From an uncultured Planctomycetales bacterium (GTDB taxonomy: Bacteria; Omnitrophota; Gorgyraeia; Zapsychrales; JANLHA01), in assembly GCA_964474085.1 (NCBI GenBank), contig CAYYRJ010000002.1, forward strand, positions 70,110-134,109: a DNA stretch of 64,000 bases, given 5' to 3'. Within the stretch, counting starts at the first letter, position 1; every line of letters begins with the position of its first letter. The position numbers and the translations under genes were made by a program. Positions 30,481-41,103 of this stretch are shown piece after piece. A model generated the notes under the pieces. That model was given only the letters and a program-made list of their open reading frames with translations. It ran no database searches and was not told where the DNA came from.

Positions 30481-30587
30481 TTCCGGGGACACAAGACTTA
30501 ATTGTTAGTTTGATTTATACAGTTCTTTGACATTTTCTTTGTTAGCTTGACGCAGATTGCTTCGTCGCTCATGCGGAGCTCCTCGCA

Positions 30588-30875
30588 ATGACAGCGTTGC
30601 GCGGGATTGCCGGACGCTCTTTGACATACAATGCCGAAGATCAGCTTCTTAGTGTCGGGAGTGCGACGTATCAATATGATACGGACGGATTTTTGTCCAA
30701 AAAGACTGACGGCGCTTTAGTCACAACGTACAATTATTCTTCCGCCGGCGAATTATTAAGCGCCTCTTTGCCCGACGGACGGACACTCGAGTATGTGTAT
30801 GACCCGCAAGGTCGACGGATAGCCAAAAAAATGGATAAGTCGGACCGTTTCTCATTAACGCATTGTGGCTGTTGA
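30588..30875 (+). pseudogene. third orphan RHS fragment, truncated after about 85 aa by the IS200-like insertion
   Basis: MTALRGIAGRSLTYNAEDQLLSVGSATYQYDTDGFLSKK...YDPQGRRIAKK matches toxin 1. It then diverges into ...MDKSDRFSLTHCGC-stop, where the conserved element-end sequence begins (30840). Confidence 0.7.
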
Positions 30876-31480
30876 GTTTGCGGCAGAAGTGTCCCCCGTC
30901 ACTAAATTACCCCAACTAAATCTTTATGGAGGTAATTTATGGGACGTATAAAACGAATACATTATGGATCAGCTTGTTATCATGTTTGTGCGCGAGGCAA
31001 TAACCGTCGATACATTTTGGAAAAGAGCGAGGCCAAAGATTATTTTTTGGGAGTAGTTGAGCGATATCAAAAACGGATGAAATTTAAAATTTATGCATTT
31101 GTTATTATATTATGGGAAACCATTTTCATTTATTGCTAGAGGTTGACGAACGTTTTGGGATTTCGAAAGTTATGCAAGGGATATTGCTGTCATTTAGTAT
31201 TTGGTATCGACGACGTGAAAAATATGTTGGGCATGTTTGGCAAGGCAGGTTTACAAGTCGATTGGTGGAAAACGAAATTCAATTAGCTGAAAATATTCGA
31301 TATATTCATGCCAACCCGGTTCGGGCGGGAATGGTTAAAGAGGAGATTGATTACAAATGGAGTTCAGCGCTGTGTTGGGGGGACTATAAAGGAGCAGATA
31401 ATAAAATTTTGGGTTTGGAGATTACGCGCGGGGACATTTCTGACGGAAACATAATAATTGCAACGTGTTGAGAAGAAACG
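30840..31480 (+). mobile_element. IS200/IS605-family (Y1 HuH / RAYT-like) insertion carrying a frameshifted transposase
   Basis: Bounded on the left by TCGGACCGTTTCTCAT...GCAGAAGTGTCCCCC, which is also found at 43198-43260. The transposase has HuH (NHFHLLLEV) and catalytic-Tyr region (RYIHANPVRAG) motifs. Confidence 0.6.
30939..31471 (+). pseudogene. IS200-like Y1 transposase split by a +1/-1 frameshift near 31112-31139
   Basis: ORF 30939-31139 (MGRIKRIHYGSACYHVCARGNNRRYIL...KIYAFVI) and ORF 31112-31471 (MGNHFHLLLEV...YIHANPVRAG) join to give the canonical ...YAFVIMGNHFHLL... HuH neighbourhood. The shift lies at the ttatattatggg run. Confidence 0.65.
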
Positions 31481-31493
31481 GTCCCTACTACCT

Positions 31494-31787
31494 ATGACTA
31501 TTTTACGAGAATTTCAAAAGTGGTATCACAGTTATTGTGATGGTGTATGGGAACATCAGCATGGAATAAGAATTGGCACGATTGACAATCCTGGGTGGAG
31601 TATAGAAATTAATTTAATTGGCACTAAAAATGAAAATGTTGAGCTTGAAAGAATTGAAATTGAAAGAAACGATAATGACTGGATTCATGCTTGGGTTGAA
31701 AATAAAGTTTTTAATGCCGCATGCGGGTCATTAAACTTGGAAGAAGTTTTAGAAATATTTTTGAAATGGGCACCAAGCAAAAAATAA
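31494..31787 (+). CDS. small hypothetical protein (possible orphan immunity protein)
   Basis: About 97 aa from the internal Met (MTILREFQKWYHSYCDGVWEHQHG...). AT-rich and located within the toxin/immunity cassette array. Confidence 0.35.
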   Translation: MTILREFQKWYHSYCDGVWEHQHGIRIGTIDNPGWSIEINLIGTKNENVELERIEIERNDNDWIHAWVENKVFNAACGSLNLEEVLEIFLKWAPSKK

Positions 31788-31890
31788 GCAGAACTAAGCC
31801 GGAGGCGTCTAAATAAAAATATATAAAAATAGTATAAAAATAGAGTAAAAATAGGGACAGTGGACTTCCCCCCTACAGAAACTCATACAC

Positions 31891-33660
31891 ATGACAAAAC
31901 TATCTAAAAATATTACAATCCAAATTCTTTTCCATTTAAGCTTTTTTACTATTGGAGGAGCGATTGCATCCGCCGAGATGTTTAAACTCAAATCAGGAAT
32001 TATGTTTGAAGGCAAAGTTATTGAACGTACAAAGGAATATCTAAAAATCGATCGAGGCCTTGGTGTTAATGCGACCTATTATTTAGATGAAATTGAATCT
32101 GAAGGGCCCTCCTCCGAAAGCTCAGTTGTTAGTTCAAGTTTAAATAACCCTCAACGAAAACGTTTGTCCCCTGATGAATACTTTGGATTACGTCAATTAT
32201 TCGAAAACCGTCAGTTTGAGGAACTTGACAAATCCTTTAATTCGTTTCAAAAAGAGTTTGAAGCCGATCACCTCAAGGAAGACAAAATTTCTGACGCGTT
32301 AAGCATATTTTCATCAACACAAGAGACCGATAAAATCTTATTTGATGAGTGGCAAAAACAATTTCCAAACAGCTTTGCGCCGTATCTGGCACGAGCAAAG
32401 TATTACAGGAATCTTGGCTGGGAAGCCCGAGGTGGCAGATGGGCCACAGAAACAACAAATGCGCAATTTGAAATGATGCATTCTTATTTTGAAGTAGCTC
32501 TGCGCGAATGCAAAAAAGCCTTAGAAATAAATCCGCAATTATTACCTGCTTATCGAACGATAATCGATGTGTACAATGTAGAGAGCAATGACAAAATTGA
32601 AGATGTCATAAACGATGCTTTAAAAATTTCACCAGAATCATACCTTATTCGCTCTTTAATCATGATTGGATTTACTCCTCGATGGGGTGGGAGCTATGAA
32701 AAAATGGAAGAATTTGCAAAAGATTCTGATCAATATCTAGATAAAAATCCCTATTTGAAAGTTCTTCGGGGATTTATATACGAGGATCAAGGTGATATTT
32801 TAGAAAATAGACACGAATCTAACAATAAACGGATTAATACAGTTTTTAAAAATGCCTTCCCCCTACTGACTCCAATGATTGATACTCTTGAAAAAGCTGC
32901 CGAAACTCACCATGAATATACGGATGAAGAAAAAATGAAAGTTAGACAAGCAATCGAATTATATAGCCGTGCTATATCTTTCGGGGAGAATGCAGGTTTT
33001 TATAAAGATCGTGCTGATGCTTACATGATTTTAGAAGATACCCCAGCCGCTTTAAAAGATTTAAAACGAGCTATCGAATTAAGCCCACTAAACTCGGATT
33101 TTTATGAAAGTTGTGCACGAATTTATTATGATAACGGTGATTATAAGTCTGCTCTTAAATTTGCTAATCTGGCAGATCGTTTAGGATTTAGCCCGGAGAG
33201 ATTAGTGTCTTGGAAAAAATGGGCGTCAGAATATCTTGTTGTTTTAGGTTATCAAGCTTATCAAGCTAATAATTATCCTGGAGCTATTGAAAAGTTAACG
33301 GATGCTTTAAAATTTAACCCGTCCAACGAACAAAGTTATTATTGGCGAGGCCGTGTAAAATTGATGCAAAACAATTATGACCTTGCTTTAGAAGATTTTA
33401 AACAAGCTACTAAAATTAATCCCCAATATTTTGAGCCTTATCAAAACATTGGATATATTTATGCAAAACAAAGAAGATTGCAGGAAAGCTTGGAGTATCT
33501 AAACAAGGCTCTTGAGATTAAGCCCAATGATGCAAGGACTTTATACGATCGCGCTCATGCGTACCATCTTTTGGGTGAGGATAAAAAAGCGGATATCGAC
33601 ATAAAAAAATCTTGTGATCTTGGCGAAAAAGAAGCTTGTCGAATCAGCGCATCTAAGTAG
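31891..33660 (+). CDS. secreted TPR-repeat protein
   Basis: Signal peptide (MTKLSKNITIQILFHLSFFTIGGAIASA). Multiple TPR-like units in the C-terminal half (AYQANNYPGAIEKLTDALKFNPSNEQSYYWRGRV..., ...YQNIGYIYAKQRRLQESLEYLNKALEIKPNDARTLYDRAHAY...). Confidence 0.6.
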   Translation: MTKLSKNITIQILFHLSFFTIGGAIASAEMFKLKSGIMFEGKVIERTKEYLKIDRGLGVNATYYLDEIESEGPSSESSVVSSSLNNPQRKRLSPDEYFGLRQLFENRQFEELDKSFNSFQKEFEADHLKEDKISDALSIFSSTQETDKILFDEWQKQFPNSFAPYLARAKYYRNLGWEARGGRWATETTNAQFEMMHSYFEVALRECKKALEINPQLLPAYRTIIDVYNVESNDKIEDVINDALKISPESYLIRSLIMIGFTPRWGGSYEKMEEFAKDSDQYLDKNPYLKVLRGFIYEDQGDILENRHESNNKRINTVFKNAFPLLTPMIDTLEKAAETHHEYTDEEKMKVRQAIELYSRAISFGENAGFYKDRADAYMILEDTPAALKDLKRAIELSPLNSDFYESCARIYYDNGDYKSALKFANLADRLGFSPERLVSWKKWASEYLVVLGYQAYQANNYPGAIEKLTDALKFNPSNEQSYYWRGRVKLMQNNYDLALEDFKQATKINPQYFEPYQNIGYIYAKQRRLQESLEYLNKALEIKPNDARTLYDRAHAYHLLGEDKKADIDIKKSCDLGEKEACRISASK

Positions 33661-33864
33661 TTATTATACCCACCCTATAGAAGTAGAGTAATCGGGACCG
33701 TGGTAGACTCTAAATTAACTGAACCGTCTTTTCATAAGAATTGGCTCCTTTTGTTTGAGCTCAATTCTACACAATTTGGTCAATTTTGTTAACTGGGGTC
33801 AGTATACAGCTATTACCCCAATGGCTATTTAAAAATATTGTTTAACCTTCCGCTCGAGGTGCCA

Positions 33865-36800
33865 ATGTCTAGATTTTTTAGTTTTACAACAAAATTCTTC
33901 CTGACAACATTTTTTGTTTCTGCTGTTGTGTGTTTTTCGTCAAAACTCGAAGCCGTTGTCCCTGCATTGTCATCACCGACTTTATCGACCGTCACCGCTG
34001 GCGACGCGCAGGTTATCCTTAAGTGGACCTCTGTTACAGATGCGACCAATTATATCGTCCGCTATGGGACGGCTTCAGGTGTTTTTACAAAAGCCGTTAA
34101 TGCCGGCAATGTCACGACCTTTACGGTCAGCGGATTAGCGAATGGGACGGCGTATTATTTTGTTGTCGCCGCAAGCAATGCCTCCGGTAAAAGTGCCAAC
34201 TCTTCTCAAAAAAGCGCCCGACCACAAATTTCGGCGCCGGTTTTAAATTCAGCGATGGGCGGCGTTGGTCAGGTTGTTTTAAATTGGAACAGTGTCCCGA
34301 CGGCAACGAATTATTCGGTCAAATACGGGACCGCCTGGGGAAAATACACAAAAGTTGTGGACGTCGGCGATGTCACGACATTTACTTTGAGTGGTTTATC
34401 CAATGGCACAATGTACTTTTTTGTTGTTTCGGCAAACAATGCCGCTAGCAGCAGTTCAAACTCGGCCCAAAAAATTGCGACACCCCGACTGCCCACCCCC
34501 ACTCTTGTCAGCGTAACCCCTGGGAATATGAAAGCGACTTTGACATGGAGCGGTGTTGTTGGTGCCGAAAGTTATCTGGTCAAATGGAAAACTCCGTCAG
34601 ACCAGTATGCAAAAGCGATGAATATCGGGAATGTGAATTCCTATACGATCAAAGGGTTAAGCAATGGGACGACGTATTATTTTACGGTTGCCGCCGCCGT
34701 TGGAACATTAAGCGTCAGTCTCGATGCGCCGGGCATCAATGCGACACCGAGAATATCTACAGCGACCGCACCTGCGGCGCCGACTTTAAATTCTCCGACG
34801 GTTGGTAATGCCCAAGTGACATTAAACTGGAATGTCCCCAACAATAATGGTTCACCGATTACAGGGTACGATATTCAATACGGGACTCTAGAGAGCGGTT
34901 TGTTTAACAATATCTGGAATGATGACAATGTCCCCGGCGCTGTCATTGGAGGATTGACGAATGGGACCAATTATCAGTTTAGGGTCATTGCCCGCAATGC
35001 GATGGGTAGCAGTTTACCTTCTTCTGCTGTTAGCGCTCAACCTTTGATCTTAGGAACGCCAGCCCAAATGCAATATCCCTCTTTCGGCGCAACAATTTAT
35101 CTTCCTAGCGTCAATTTTTCATGGAACGCTGGTATCGGAGCCGATGCCTACAAAGTTATCGTCGGAACAAGCGTTGGAGCAAATAATTTGGCAGACAGCG
35201 GCGAACTAACCGATTTAAATTACACTGTTTTTAATGTTCCTCTTACCGGCGTCCCCATTTATGTGCGCCTCTCAAGTTTGATTAACGGACTATGGGTTTC
35301 ACAAGAATATCAATATTTAACTTCCGCCAATCGCGTCATTAAGTTTCAAGGGTCAGGTTCAGGCGTCAAAGAATATTATGACCCTTCGGGCTGGTGGCAA
35401 AAGGTGACGTTTAATCTCACCACGGATTTTGATGTTGTTGCACAAAATCCGCGGCTTAACGCCGACGGGATTCATGTCGACCATGATTTGGTGCGAAAAA
35501 CAGGGACACTTCATTTTTGGGGAACCGCCCAGGATTACTTTAACGGCGCATTAAACGAATTCAGTTTTGACCGTTCGCAAAACATCGATATCCAAACCTT
35601 GCAAGGGATTTTTTCATACTCTAAAACACGAATGGATGACGTTTATATTTCGTTTGACGTCTCCCCTTCCTCAACCCTGCCTTATGTCGTAAATCTCCAA
35701 TATGCGGCATTTATCCCGATTGTCCGAGCCAGCATGGTTATGCCTTACCCATGGAATTTAGGATACATCGACAATGCCACGTACGATATTCCTGCAACCG
35801 ACGATTTTCAAAGGCCCTGCGATATTTCAATCGATCTACAAAAGGGTGATCTCGTACCCGGAGACACGGTATCCGTCTATGCTTCAACCTTGGTCAACCC
35901 TTCAGATTCTTTACAATGGCAAATCCTGCCTGGCAAAGACAGCGACGCGCGCGCGAATATCAGCCCATCGGGCGCTAACGCCCAAATGGCGACCATCAGT
36001 GATATCCGAGGAAAAGGAGAACTGGTTTTAAAAATTTCAAACCCCTCGATTGCCGGCTGTCAAAAAGAAATTCCCTTAAATGTCGGTTGCGGCTGTGCCA
36101 GCAGTGAAAACATGTGCACCTTAGACGGGAAATATAATTTGTCGAGCATAGACGTTACCCTCGATCTAGGCCGGACTAAACGAGGAAAATCCGCTGGAAG
36201 CCTTCAGTTAAAGACGGACAAAATTTCGGCCGATAATTCGACGCCTAAAAAACTTAAAGTTTTTGCCGTTGAGAGCACAACAGAAACGCTCTACAGCAGC
36301 AACAATATTTTACGGCAAGTTGTAACGCCGGAAATTTTTGTAGATATTACCCCTGTCGATGCCTACCGCTACGACATCAAATACTATGCTCTAACCGACA
36401 AAGGTACTAAGGTCGGCGGCTTTTATCAAATCGGCGGCGCGGCCATACCTCTAAAAACTTGGCGAATCGAAAACCCTGACCTTTCCTCGACGATTTATAA
36501 TCGTTTAAAAATCACCGAAACCCAAAATGCAATTGTCAAAACGTATGAATACATTTGGAACCAAAACTTAGGCCAATGGCAGCTTAAAACCGGCGATGGT
36601 CTACAAAATGAAAACCTCGTTGAACAAACCATCAACGGCAATCGTGTTGTGACGCGGACATTGAGTGATAGCGCCGGAGTCGTTGCGTCCAAAACCCAGA
36701 CGACATTTAAAGACATTGCCGGGCCCGATGGGATTTCGCAAAATATTATTAAAACAATCGAAGACCCTGCCGGGATCGCCTTAACGACGAACAGCACGTG

Positions 36801-39800
36801 GGACGATGGCGGCAGCGGGCGTTTGTTGTCACAAGTTTTTCCTGACGGCTCTTGGGTCCGATACGAATACGATGCGACTGGCCGAACGACCATGGAAGTC
36901 ACATCGTGGCTGGATTCCCCCGTTGGGACACCTGCAAATTTAGCACGGGCGATTTATTATGATTATTCTCTACAGGATGCTTCGGACGCAAATTTGCCGC
37001 AAGACATTCGCAAACCGCGGCTGATCACCGAAAAGATTCTTGACAAAGTTGTTTCTAAAACGTTTTATGTCTATCAAAAATCCGCCGACAATTATTTGAC
37101 GAACATTATCGAGCGCGCATCGACTCCCGGCGCTGCCTATGGCGCCGCCGCAAATCAGCGGACAAAAACTGTCATGTTTCCTTATGTTTTTGGGTCCGTT
37201 GAAGCATGGCGAGTCCAGAGCGTCACGACTCCCGACGGAAAAATGGACACCTACACCTACAGTTTGGGAACATATACGCCCAACAGCAACCCCAAACTTC
37301 CCGGGACATTTACCGCAGGAGCAGGAACTGATGAACGGACCTCGATTATTCACGGGCTTGCTTCCTCTGCCTTTGGTATTGCCAATAAATCGACGGCAGA
37401 ACAGCACATCAGCAATTTTAAAGGAGAAAAATTATTAGAACTGCGCTACGTCTATAACGGCACAAGCCCGCAATTAGTCGCAACCACCCATTGGCGCTAT
37501 GATGAGTACGGCCATGTCACCAATGTTTATAACTCTGACGGGACAGAAAGCGTAAGCCTGTGGGGATGCTGTAACGCAAAATCCGAAACCGATGTCAACG
37601 GTATCGCGCGTCAATATGTCTATGATGCGCTTGACCGCATTCAAACCGAAATCAAGCTCGCCAGCCCCCACGATATCACAACCAGCTACACCTACGACGG
37701 GGCCGGCCGCCAAAAAACACAAACGATCAGCTCTAACGGTTTGAGCCTTTTGACAAACACGACGTATGACGCCGCCGGACGGCTTAAGACCCAAACCAAT
37801 CAGGCCGGCCATATCAGCACACAAAGCTACAGCACGGACAATCGCACGACAACACTCACACGTCCCGGGGGCGCAACCGAAATTACCACCCAATACATCG
37901 ACGGACAAACCAAAAACATAACCGGCACGGGGAATCTCGCGCAGTTCTATACTTATGGGGTCAACCCAGACGGCTCACGCTGGACGCAGATTAATTTTGC
38001 CAGCGAGACTTCGCCTAACTGGGAAAAGACGACCGTTGACCTTTTGGGCCGCACGATTAAAGTTGAAAAACCAGGATATAATTTATCGACGCTGGTAAGT
38101 GAATATTTTTATAATAATCTCGGACAATTGGTCCGCACAAAAACTCCCGGGCAAGCGGACACTTTATATGAATACGATGCCGTAGGCCAGCTTACCCGAA
38201 GCGGTCTTGACCGCAATGCCAATGGACTTTTGGATTTAAGTTCGATTGATCGGATTACTGATACTGACACTTCTTTTGCATTAATTGGTGGTAACTGGTG
38301 GCAGCAAACTTTACAAAAAGTTTATGCCGCCGACTTTAATACAACAGCGACAACGACGGATACCCAACGCACTCGCCTTAACGGATTGGGAACCGCAAAC
38401 TTAACAGAGGAGTCTGTCACAATCGATATTCATGGGAATCAAACGATTTCGCAAACTTATATTGATCGATTGGCCAAAACCACAACGCGCGTCGTTGATG
38501 ACCCGGATTCAAACATCAACCAAAGCACCGTGACGACCAACGGACTTTTGACGTCCTCCAAAAGTAAAACAGGCACAACCGTTTCGTATGGCTATGACAG
38601 CCTCGAACGCCAAACCGCTGTGACAGACCCTCGGACCGGGACGACAATAACCCAATACAATCCTACAACCGGTCAAGTTGATTGGGTCGAAGACCCCGAA
38701 GGCCGACGGACAAGTTTTTCTTATGACCCGCTTTCGGGACAAAAAATAAGCGAAACAAACGCATTAGGTAAAGTGACCCGTTTTGCTTACAGCACCCGCA
38801 ACGAGCTGACCCACATTTGGGGCGATGTTCCCTACCCTGTGCGCTACCTCTTTGATAATTATGGACGGCTATCGCAGATGCATACTTGGCGCAGTGGAAC
38901 ATCGTGGAATGCGGCGGCTTTTCCAGTAAGTATGGACAGCCAAAAAGATGTCACGACGTGGAACTATCAGGAAGCAACCGGCCTTCTGACCAGCAAAACA
39001 GACGCCGCCGGTCAAAGCACTTCCTATACGTACACGCCCGAAGGCAAACTCAAAACACGCACATGGGCTCGGCTTAACAGCGGAAGTCCAACGGTGACAA
39101 CCTACAACTATACGACCGATACCGGGGAGTTAACCGGCATTGATTACTCGAATTTGACGCCTGATGTGACTTTTGCCTATGATCGCTTGGGTCGGCAAAA
39201 GACTATCACCGACGCTTTAGGTAATCGCACTTTTGGCTACAATACAAAACTCCAACCCGAAACCGAAAACATTACCGGCTTGTATAACAAACTGCTGACC
39301 CGAAGTTACGCGGCCAGCGGTGTTTTGGGACGCTTAAACGGATTTAATACAGGCGCCGGCTACAGCGTTACTTACGGCTATGATGCCGTCGGGCGTTTCA
39401 ATTCTGTCGGCTGGAATGTCAGCGGACAAACGGGCAGCGGCACATATAATTTTGTCCCTAACTCCGACTTATTGCAAAGTTTGACAACCCCGTCGGGGTT
39501 AACGACAAGCTTAAGCTATGAACCTCACCGCGACTTAAAGACGCAGGTCAAAAACCAGTTTGGCGCGGCGACGGTTTCGCAGTACGATTACACTTATGAT
39601 GCGCTGGGCCAAAGAACGTCGGTCAAAAACAGCGGGACGGCTTTCAGCAGTCCGGCGTTTAATAAATTTGCTTATAACTTTCGCAATGAATTAAGCGAAT
39701 CCTCGCGGTATCTGGGCGCGGACGTTTCTCTGCTGACAAGTCCTGTCTTGGGAGAATACCGGCATTTTGATTATGACCCCATCGGCAATCGCGGCAATAT

Positions 39801-41085
39801 CACCGCCGCGGGCAATGCCGGAAGCTACACGACCAACAATCGCAATCAATATCTGATCGCCGCTCTTCCTACCGGCGGGACCAATACATTCACGCATGAC
39901 TCCGACGGGAATCTAACCGAAATTACAGGCGCACAAAACATCGTTTACGCCTACGATGCCGAAAACCGGCTGGTCAGCGCAACTCCCAAAACGCCGGCGG
40001 TCAATGACAAAAAAATCGAGCTTTCCTACGACTATCAAGGCCGGCGGGTGCGAAAGGTTGTTTCGCAGTACAATGGCAGTGCCTGGATAATAGCGGCAGA
40101 CAAGCGTTTTGTTTATGACGGCTGGAACATGATCGAAGAGCAAACCGTTACGCCGGCCTCTTCACGGTTTTATGTTTGGGGATTGGATCTTTCGCAGTCT
40201 TTGCAGGGCGCAGGCGGCATCGGTGGCTTGTTGGCCACAGTCAATGGGACAGCGACGGATCATTTCCTATACGATGGCAACGGAAACGTCGGACAGTTGA
40301 TTAATTCCGTTGGCGGATCACTTGACGCGCAGTATGAATACGACCCGTACGGAAATTTAGTTGCCTCAAACGGATCACTTAGCGCAAGCAATCCATTTCG
40401 TTTTAGCACAAAGTATCTAGATACCGAAACCGGCCTCTACTACTATGGCTATCGCTACTACGATCCCAAAGACGGCAGATGGACGAGTAGAGATCCGATT
40501 GAGGAGGATGGTGGATTAAATCTTTATGCGTTTGTCCATAATGATGCTGTTGATTCTTTTGATTTATATGGACTTTATCGCGATTGGTTGCCTATCTTGG
40601 CTGACCGCGGACGGAAAGTTCACGCGAAATTAAAAGAATACGGTGACACATATCGAAAAGACCTTAGATGGGACATGTCTTTAAAAGAACTAGGCATCAT
40701 TGATGCGCTTGATAAACCTGATATCTTAGATACCGATGACCGTCTTATTTGGGAACTTAAGCCCGGTTCTCATCGAGCTCCAATTTTTTATAAAAGAGAT
40801 GATGCTCAAATGCAAAGATATATGGACAAAACCTGTTATCGATTAGGTGATCCCAATTTAATATTTTCACAAAAAACTTATATCGGAGATGTCAGTGATA
40901 CTTGGGGGACATGGAATATTTATGTTTCTCCCGGACGGCTTGGCTTTCTCTATTATGATGTAACACGCAAACAACAAAAAAGGCGAGCAGGCAACTCTGA
41001 CTGGAGCGGCAACCCAACAGAGAATTTTATGCCACCGATAATGAACCCTGTGTTACCCTTGGGCCCAACTCCAATAATATTCTAA
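33865..41085 (+). CDS. second giant secreted YD-repeat / RHS polymorphic toxin (2,406 aa from ATG): signal peptide, about 5 FN3-like, unassigned beta-rich region, YD repeats, RHS core, PD-ExK-like C-terminal tip
   Basis: The N-terminus and about 60 nt of upstream leader are almost identical to toxin 1 (MSRFFSFTTKFFLT...). Repeated W..V.DATNY.V.YGT FN3-like units. YD repeats (YEYDATGRTT, YTYDGAGRQKT, YDAAGRLKT...). RHS core ...YYDPKDGRWTSRDPI...DLYGL (ends 40575). The tail has KPDILDTDDRLIWELKPG. Confidence 0.9.
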   Translation: MSRFFSFTTKFFLTTFFVSAVVCFSSKLEAVVPALSSPTLSTVTAGDAQVILKWTSVTDATNYIVRYGTASGVFTKAVNAGNVTTFTVSGLANGTAYYFVVAASNASGKSANSSQKSARPQISAPVLNSAMGGVGQVVLNWNSVPTATNYSVKYGTAWGKYTKVVDVGDVTTFTLSGLSNGTMYFFVVSANNAASSSSNSAQKIATPRLPTPTLVSVTPGNMKATLTWSGVVGAESYLVKWKTPSDQYAKAMNIGNVNSYTIKGLSNGTTYYFTVAAAVGTLSVSLDAPGINATPRISTATAPAAPTLNSPTVGNAQVTLNWNVPNNNGSPITGYDIQYGTLESGLFNNIWNDDNVPGAVIGGLTNGTNYQFRVIARNAMGSSLPSSAVSAQPLILGTPAQMQYPSFGATIYLPSVNFSWNAGIGADAYKVIVGTSVGANNLADSGELTDLNYTVFNVPLTGVPIYVRLSSLINGLWVSQEYQYLTSANRVIKFQGSGSGVKEYYDPSGWWQKVTFNLTTDFDVVAQNPRLNADGIHVDHDLVRKTGTLHFWGTAQDYFNGALNEFSFDRSQNIDIQTLQGIFSYSKTRMDDVYISFDVSPSSTLPYVVNLQYAAFIPIVRASMVMPYPWNLGYIDNATYDIPATDDFQRPCDISIDLQKGDLVPGDTVSVYASTLVNPSDSLQWQILPGKDSDARANISPSGANAQMATISDIRGKGELVLKISNPSIAGCQKEIPLNVGCGCASSENMCTLDGKYNLSSIDVTLDLGRTKRGKSAGSLQLKTDKISADNSTPKKLKVFAVESTTETLYSSNNILRQVVTPEIFVDITPVDAYRYDIKYYALTDKGTKVGGFYQIGGAAIPLKTWRIENPDLSSTIYNRLKITETQNAIVKTYEYIWNQNLGQWQLKTGDGLQNENLVEQTINGNRVVTRTLSDSAGVVASKTQTTFKDIAGPDGISQNIIKTIEDPAGIALTTNSTWDDGGSGRLLSQVFPDGSWVRYEYDATGRTTMEVTSWLDSPVGTPANLARAIYYDYSLQDASDANLPQDIRKPRLITEKILDKVVSKTFYVYQKSADNYLTNIIERASTPGAAYGAAANQRTKTVMFPYVFGSVEAWRVQSVTTPDGKMDTYTYSLGTYTPNSNPKLPGTFTAGAGTDERTSIIHGLASSAFGIANKSTAEQHISNFKGEKLLELRYVYNGTSPQLVATTHWRYDEYGHVTNVYNSDGTESVSLWGCCNAKSETDVNGIARQYVYDALDRIQTEIKLASPHDITTSYTYDGAGRQKTQTISSNGLSLLTNTTYDAAGRLKTQTNQAGHISTQSYSTDNRTTTLTRPGGATEITTQYIDGQTKNITGTGNLAQFYTYGVNPDGSRWTQINFASETSPNWEKTTVDLLGRTIKVEKPGYNLSTLVSEYFYNNLGQLVRTKTPGQADTLYEYDAVGQLTRSGLDRNANGLLDLSSIDRITDTDTSFALIGGNWWQQTLQKVYAADFNTTATTTDTQRTRLNGLGTANLTEESVTIDIHGNQTISQTYIDRLAKTTTRVVDDPDSNINQSTVTTNGLLTSSKSKTGTTVSYGYDSLERQTAVTDPRTGTTITQYNPTTGQVDWVEDPEGRRTSFSYDPLSGQKISETNALGKVTRFAYSTRNELTHIWGDVPYPVRYLFDNYGRLSQMHTWRSGTSWNAAAFPVSMDSQKDVTTWNYQEATGLLTSKTDAAGQSTSYTYTPEGKLKTRTWARLNSGSPTVTTYNYTTDTGELTGIDYSNLTPDVTFAYDRLGRQKTITDALGNRTFGYNTKLQPETENITGLYNKLLTRSYAASGVLGRLNGFNTGAGYSVTYGYDAVGRFNSVGWNVSGQTGSGTYNFVPNSDLLQSLTTPSGLTTSLSYEPHRDLKTQVKNQFGAATVSQYDYTYDALGQRTSVKNSGTAFSSPAFNKFAYNFRNELSESSRYLGADVSLLTSPVLGEYRHFDYDPIGNRGNITAAGNAGSYTTNNRNQYLIAALPTGGTNTFTHDSDGNLTEITGAQNIVYAYDAENRLVSATPKTPAVNDKKIELSYDYQGRRVRKVVSQYNGSAWIIAADKRFVYDGWNMIEEQTVTPASSRFYVWGLDLSQSLQGAGGIGGLLATVNGTATDHFLYDGNGNVGQLINSVGGSLDAQYEYDPYGNLVASNGSLSASNPFRFSTKYLDTETGLYYYGYRYYDPKDGRWTSRDPIEEDGGLNLYAFVHNDAVDSFDLYGLYRDWLPILADRGRKVHAKLKEYGDTYRKDLRWDMSLKELGIIDALDKPDILDTDDRLIWELKPGSHRAPIFYKRDDAQMQRYMDKTCYRLGDPNLIFSQKTYIGDVSDTWGTWNIYVSPGRLGFLYYDVTRKQQKRRAGNSDWSGNPTENFMPPIMNPVLPLGPTPIIF

Positions 41086-41103
41086 ATTAACAGGCAGTTC
41101 TAT

